64,000 nt of DNA. It comes from the human T2T-CHM13v2.0 reference genome, Homo sapiens. A program made the position numbers and the translations under genes. Positions 57,633 to 64,000 of the stretch are shown here, in pieces (position 1 is the stretch's first letter; the number at the start of each line of letters is the position of its first letter). Under the pieces are notes generated by a model. The model saw only the letters and a program-made list of their open reading frames with translations, was not told the DNA's origin and ran no database searches. The stretch is from NCBI RefSeq assembly GCF_009914755.1, contig NC_060936.1; one strand, written 5' to 3'.

Positions 57633-60261
57633 CTAAGAAAATACAAAGTAGTATATAATATAGAGTCAAATATGCACATGATGAAAACTGAACCTACAGT
57701 TCTAAAGATATGTAAATTAAAGGCATTCATACTCCAACTTAGCTGTGTTCCTAAAGTCCTAGGAAGTTAGTATGGAATTCTGAACACAGTTTTGCCTACT
57801 GAAGCAATTTTATAAATGGAGAATAGCTTCATAGGCCAACCCACTAAAAGCCTTTTATACCTTTTTTAAGTGGTTGAGATAAAGTATTAATACTGTAGAC
57901 CTTTACATCCATGTGTAATAATGTTTCCATGGGCAAACTCATTCAGGGTTCTGACTTGGGATGCCAGGAACATATTCCCCTCAGTGCAGTTGGCAGTCCC
58001 TGAGCCCTAAGCCACTCGTCCCTACAACTGAGGCAGGGACTGCTGCTGGTAGTGGTTCTAACAGTCAGGTACAGGCTCTAGGGAACTAAGGGCATCATAT
58101 GCCTTGGGGAGCAAAAATCTTCTGCCAGATCTGTGTTCAGGATCTTCTATTCTTCCATAGTCCCCAGGAATCCATCTGCTTCCTGGCTCACCACCTATTT
58201 CCCTGACACAGAATAGAATAGAAAATAGTCACCCTCCTATTTGTATGAAACAACGTTTTATTTTTTTAAATGTTGTTTTTGTTAGTAACACACATGAAGT
58301 AAAGAGGTTCCTCTCAAACCTATTTTTCCCATAGAGCCATCGAGGGAAGTCTTCATGATGGAGAGACAAGGGTAGGTCCAGTTGTAGCTACAAAGGCTGT
58401 AGCAGTATTGAAGTGCATTTCCCAGCAATGCCACACCATGATTACCCTGACTGTGACTAATCAGCTGAGATGGGGTAGAAATGGCAAAGGAAAGCTGGAG
58501 TTTGAAGGAAACATGAGGAGGAGGAGGCAGAGTGAGGCTGGGGTTGCCAGCCACACAAACACTGGAGCTGAGAGAGCTAGTGTCCTCCCCAGACACAGAT
58601 TTACCTCCAACCCCTGAGGGTGGGCACATCCCCATTAATCCTGAGTTGAGGGTGTGCGGGTGTGGGGGGTCAGAAAGTGAGAGAAGAGTGTGCCCTGTGG
58701 CCATTCCCTTACTTAATACTTACTGAAGCATCCTGCTAGGCCCCCCAGGCCCAGAGCTGAGGCCTGGAAGAACAACAGTTAGCTAGAGGACATAGAGAGA
58801 TATAGACACAATTATAATTGACTGGAGAGAGTGAAGTACAGATTTCTTTTTTAATGTAATACATTAGAGGAGGAAGAAGTGAATTCTAGGAGGGGGAAAA
58901 AAACCCAGAAAGCTTTTTGGAAAAGGGTCCATCTAAAGGAGTCATAGGACTTAGATTCATCAAGGTAAGGCAGGGAGCAAAGGGGGTGATTCCAGGTACA
59001 ATTTGTCTGACAAAAGGCGCAGAGGTCAATGAAGGCATGGACCAGCCAGAGTGACCAGAGCTACCAGCCACTACTTTAAACCAAGAACCCCACATCCAGT
59101 GCAGATCTAAAGGCTGTGAACCAATGAGAGACAGTGAGAGCTATGGTTGGAATGAGTAATTTGGGCAGGCAGAAGAGAGGCTATAGGTGGGGAAGCCACA
59201 TAGGTGGCTCCAGCAGAATTCTGGGTGAGTGGAAATGAAGGTGAGAAACAGAAGGGTGAGAAACAGGAGGATGGCGCTGAAAATGGGGAAGAGGGACAGG
59301 TGTGGGTGAGAGAAACTGTCACCTCCACTTCTCAACAGATCCTTCTCTCTAAGTTCACAGACTTTTCTAAGACACCAATTTTCTGAACATTGCTCAAGTG
59401 GCAGCTACTTCATCTATCAACCCAGATTCCTCTGGTCCTGCAGGCAGGATCTGCGTTTGCAATGGCATTTGCCAATTACCCGTCCTCTATTCTCACAGGG
59501 CCCTGTGATGGCTTTACCATTCAGCTTTAGAACTCAACCTCCCCTCATTGCTCCCACCAACTGATTTTCTGATCTTTTCTTCTCATTCGCTACAGAGTTG
59601 CATATTTCTCTGCACTCCAAATTTCACTGGCTACCCAGGGGTGTCCTCAATAATGTCACTCAATATACATAGTCAACTTTGCAAGTAAATAGTGTCCAAT
59701 ACATGAAAGAATAAACTTAGCACTATGTATCAATAGAGACAATATGCGGCATTAGAAATGAAATTTGAAATATTATGAAAACAAGGGTGTTTTTCCTAGG
59801 GCATCATGTCATGTATAATCTCAGTCTATGAAACAAACACTCTTAATATATGAATAATCAAGGGTTTAACTTTGTTAACTGTCCCCATATGCTGGGTTTT
59901 CATAGTATTTATAAAAGCTTTATTGAACAGCATTCTATATGAATGTGTATAAATATTTTTAAGTAAAGAGCTTGAAACTTCTGGTCTACTGCTGCCCATT
60001 TTGTAAAAAACAAAAAAAGAAAAAAGGCATTTTTCCAAAGAAAATATTTATGTTCATAACACAATGATAACCAAGTTACTTTTTAAATAGCACAAAATAT
60101 TTACCACTTGATTTGTAAGACAATAACTACTGCACACATTTTGAATTCATAAATTACGATTCAGCTTTAGACTCAATCTGTACTGAGTTACTCAGTGTCA
60201 TCATGCCTCAAATCTAGTAAGTAATTAATGTGGAGGTTTTGGGAAGCAGATAGTCTACATG

Positions 60262-60309
<48 letters not shown>
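60262..60309. repeat. (TA)7(CA)17 compound microsatellite; (UG)17(UA)7 in the pre-mRNA
   Basis: Read directly from the sequence. Confidence 0.97.
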
Positions 60310-60315
<6 letters not shown>

Positions 60316-61524
60316 AGTCCCCATATTTATACCTGTAAAACTCTGGGAAAAGTAACATTTAAGGAAGAAGAACAAGAAAGACAGTAACAGAAAATACTCT
60401 ATGTTCCTGTGAATAAAGACTAATACCTAGGTATAAAATTCAGGACAGTCTCAAGTTTAATAACTTCCAGTCCACATATATGATGTTTCCATTCTGTGCT
60501 TTGATGACTGAGACTTACTAATAGACTTAAGTGCCATAATCTAAGTACTACCATATATCGTCAATTTAGTAATTAAGAAATGTTTGTTAAAGGCAAGACA
60601 GAATACCATTTGCAAGGCATCACTAATTAAATCCTAGTTTTACATTTAACGGTTTGAGGAGAAAGAGTGTCATATTTTGGTTTCCATTCTCTACAACCCA
60701 TAGTCGGCAGAATCACCCAGAGAAACCATTAGCAAAGTGCAGAACTATGATTTCTACCCAGCAAAGCAGGGGAGGAGGATAAAGAATAATAAACTTCAGA
60801 AGCTTAACCAAAACAACACAAGGTAGGAAAGGGAGAAAAACACTTTAGAAAGCTTAATAAATAAAAAAATCAAAATAACATGGAGAGAATAAAGCCTAAC
60901 ACCACAGGAATCACACTGATTATAAATGGACGGTGCCTAACCAGTCACGACAAAAATAGAGTATAGAAATTCTGAAAGTCACACACTGATAGATTTGGTC
61001 CATTAATCCCAATATTTTGAGCATGTCTTCCTTCTTTTGCTCAATATTTTGAGCAAATTTCTTATGATCTGGTGGTTTCAAATCAAAGCATTTATCATTT
61101 TCAGTTATTTAAGTATAATATGATACACTATGATCAAACATGTATGGAATAATGATTGTGAATGATGCTAGCTGTTATTTTTGGGGAGACAGGGAAAAAG
61201 AGGAGGAAAAGATTTTTAAAGTTATTATCCTGCACTGAAGTTGTTGACTATCTTTTGGAATATAGTCAGCTTTATTGAAACTTTCTTACCGAGACTGAGC
61301 TGGGATGGTGTTTCTCATGTAAGTATTTCCCTATACACATTGACAGCTAATATACAGCCTAAGAGTACTTCACATTCCTGACTCTTAGTAGTAAACAAAA
61401 CATATTCTCAAAGGAATAAAAGAAAACATTTCCTCTATTCGTGTTTATCTATGATCCTGTTAACAAGCTACACACAAGTCATATCTGCCATCAGAGAAAC
61501 CTCATTTAGTGGTAATAGCAATAC

Positions 61525-61720
61525 CTGTAACAGGAGTTCGGTTTTTCAGCCTATCAACTTCCATAGTGAAGTCATCCTTCAAAAAAAGGAACCCAATAAT
61601 GGAAAACAGGTAGACGAGGATGAGAGCCAGGACTGCAGTTAGAATAATAGAGCGGCCATTTCGTGTGACACTTTTTATGACATTCAGCAAAGTCTCTTCC
61701 CTGTACACCAAATCAAAAAG
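61525..61720 (-). CDS. ITPR2: ITPR2 coding exon (~exon 51): S4-S5 linker, TM5, start of luminal loop
   Basis: Acceptor ctttgtag|CTTTTTGAT and donor ACAG|gtattg; 196 nt, phase 0 to 1. Translates [65 protein letters not shown], recognisable IP3R type 2 sequence. Exon number is from memory. Confidence 0.97.
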
Positions 61721-63134
61721 CTACAAAGATAAAGAAAACACTAATAAGAAAAGAAGGCATTGGAGGAAAAGGTGAACAAACAAAAATATAATTACAAATA
61801 CAAATGCAAGCCATTCTAGTTTATATATAAAGAAATAACCTAAACCACCTTAAAATGAACCAAAGTATTTATTTCTTCTCCAGCTGGAATATATTAATAA
61901 ATTGTTTTTCTATAAAGATACATCTAGCACAACATATAATGTGCATCTGTTGGTTTCAAAACCAACATAATATCAATTTACTAAAACATTACAGAAATAG
62001 CTTAGTTTTACATTTGAATTCAGAAAAGTTACATTGTACTTTACCAGCTTAGCTACTTATTCACTTATTCTTTATTTTTGGTCTTACTGATATTCTGCAG
62101 TTACTTCTGGAATATGTAAAATGGCTTAAGTGAGAATGCTGAATTAGGTCCTCCTGAGTGATGAACAATTGACAAATTCATTAAATGTATTACTTAATCA
62201 AGGGATTAGAGGTGAAATTGTAAGAACAGTTTCATGAGTCTGATGCAGCCGGAAAAGTATGAAATATAAAACTATTTGGGAAATGCAAACATCCTTCCTT
62301 AGTAACAGGGTATAATGAGGAAAAAAACCTATTACTTTAGTATATACTTTTGGAAATGGAAGTATAAACAAAAATATAATATGTACATTGCTAATTGATT
62401 TTCTCTAATAGGTTACTACCTATTTTGTCTTCAGTAGTAGAAAATCTATGCACTAGTCAAGCTATGTGTTTGCAATCTGTGTAGACACTAAGGACAATTT
62501 TATTTATTGCTACATTATAAAGTTGAAATTATACATTAGAAAGTATGTGTTTTATTATTAAAATCTGGTTAAATGCAATAAAATCACATTCACTTTTAGA
62601 AAGGTATAAATATCTGTTTGGAAATGAATAGTATTTTTAAAATTGGAATAATTGAGGTTTGTCTTCTATCTGTGGGCAGTAATTAGAGTTTCTGAACTGG
62701 CTGAAATGATCAATTATGTGTCATATACCCTTTCAGGACCTTGTCTATTTTTTTTCTGAGTACTGAGGGTTATACAGTTACTGTCCAATTTAATTGTAGT
62801 CTTGCAAATAATTGCTGACTAGATATTAACTTGTTTGCTCACCTATGGAAACTGCTATTTTACGATGGTTAAATTTTTTAAAAGTCTATTTTGCAATCTA
62901 TTTACCTCCTGGAAGGAGCAGCCAGCTTTAGAAATGAAGTCAATATTCTTCAGTACAGACAAATTAACTAATGCACATTCAACTTCCAAATTGTCAACAC
63001 TGTGGCTTATTAAATTTATTTAAGCAGTAAGTTGACATAGTCGAGATTTTTCTTTAAGTCAACTCGGCTGAGGTTTAAAGAAAAAAAAATCTGGCAATGT
63101 GCTGTAGGTCAGCTCTAGAGAACGTTTACAGCTT

Positions 63135-63210
63135 TCAGGAGCTCCTGGGATGCTTGCTAAAAATGCATATGCCTGGGTTCCGTTCTAGGCCCATGGAATC
63201 AGAATCTTAC
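63135..63210 (+). mobile_element. MER5-family fragment
   Basis: cctgggatgcttgctaaaaatgcatatgcctggg...tggaatcagaatct. Confidence 0.55.
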
Positions 63211-63593
63211 AAAAGCTGTTGACATTGGGCAAGCTGATTGTTCTTTCCATTTATTTCTGAAAACAAAATCTAGAGTGTGGTTTTTATTATTCTGGATAAA
63301 AGACTGACAATTGTGGGTACAACAGGGAATATTCAAATATTTTTTCAAATATAAAAAATCTTTTAAAAATATACTTACATACGATTTTTGATATTATGTA
63401 TACCACAATTTTCTTCTAGTCCTCTAAACATCAAAATGGACTATATCCTTTTCAGAACCAACCCACTAAAAACAAACTACCATCAATATTGTAAGATTTG
63501 AAAGATAAAAGACCAGAGGAAAATACAATTAGAAAATGGGGTTAATAAAAACATAAACATGTGTACATCATTTCACATGTTTTTCATATTATC

Positions 63594-63962
63594 TGATATG
63601 GTTTGGCTCTGTGTCTCCACCCAAATTTCATCTCGAATTGTAATCGCCATGTGTCAAGGGAAGGACCTGGTGGGAGGTGATTGGATCATGGGGGTGGTTT
63701 CCCTCATGCTGTTCTTGAGACGGTGAGGGAGTTCTCTGGAGATCTGATGGTTTTAAAAGTGGCAGTTTCCCCCGTGCTCTCCTCTCTCTCTTCTGCCACC
63801 ATGTAAGACATGCCTTGTTTCCCCTTCACCTTCCACCATGATTGTAAGTTTCCTTAGGCCTCCCCAGCCATGTGGAACTGTGAATCAATTAAACCTCTTT
63901 TGTTTATAAATTACTCAGTCTCAGGTAGTATATTCATAGCAGTGTGAGAACGGACTAACACA
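63594..63962 (+). mobile_element. MaLR solo LTR (THE1D/THE1C-like)
   Basis: tgatatggtttggctctgtgtctccacccaaat...gtggaactgtgaatcaattaaacctctttt...gcagtgtgagaacggactaacaca; about 369 bp with TG...CA ends. Confidence 0.9.
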
Positions 63963-64000
63963 TCTGTTTAATGGATCTTGATATTCCTATCCATTTTATA

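Noticed and set aside
57431-57730. 99-aa minus-strand ORF over the luminal-loop exon
   Set aside because: Wrong frame; the real coding segment is 57632-57540 in another frame.
61010-61057. caatattttgagca direct repeat and tttgctcaa/ttgagcaaa hairpin
   Set aside because: Small AT-rich local duplication/inversion, too short for a miRNA or other structured RNA call.

Overview
This is human (primate) genomic DNA lying entirely inside the 3' part of ITPR2 (inositol 1,4,5-trisphosphate receptor type 2, chr12p), which is transcribed from the minus strand. Five coding exons with canonical AG/GT boundaries splice in frame: 61720-61525, 57632-57540 (missed by the ORF track), 46481-46351, 45264-45099 and 33815-33655. 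From memory these are about exons 51-55 of 57. They encode the S4-S5 linker and TM5, the luminal loop, the pore helix with the GGGVGD selectivity filter, TM6 and the gate, and the C2H2 zinc-binding LNK region. Positions 1-33654 belong to one long intron, and the next exon lies beyond the window. The rest is intronic and repeat-rich: 15 Alu/FLAM/FRAM copies, many with readable target-site duplications (TSDs), L1, L2, MIR and L3/CR1 fragments, MER21, MST and THE1 LTRs, hAT MER elements, microsatellites, and a tailless 5S rRNA retropseudogene. I found no evidence of a new multi-gene system. Nearly all other ORFs in the track come from Alu or L2 sequence or are chance. The best leads concern RNA processing: a phase-symmetric pore module whose back-spliced circle would have no stop codon, a 157-nt AG-free zone before the pore exon, a cryptic acceptor beside a (UG)17 tract, a CpG-rich candidate poison exon, and inverted Alu pairs. 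Repeat subfamily names were assigned by eye and need RepeatMasker/Dfam confirmation.
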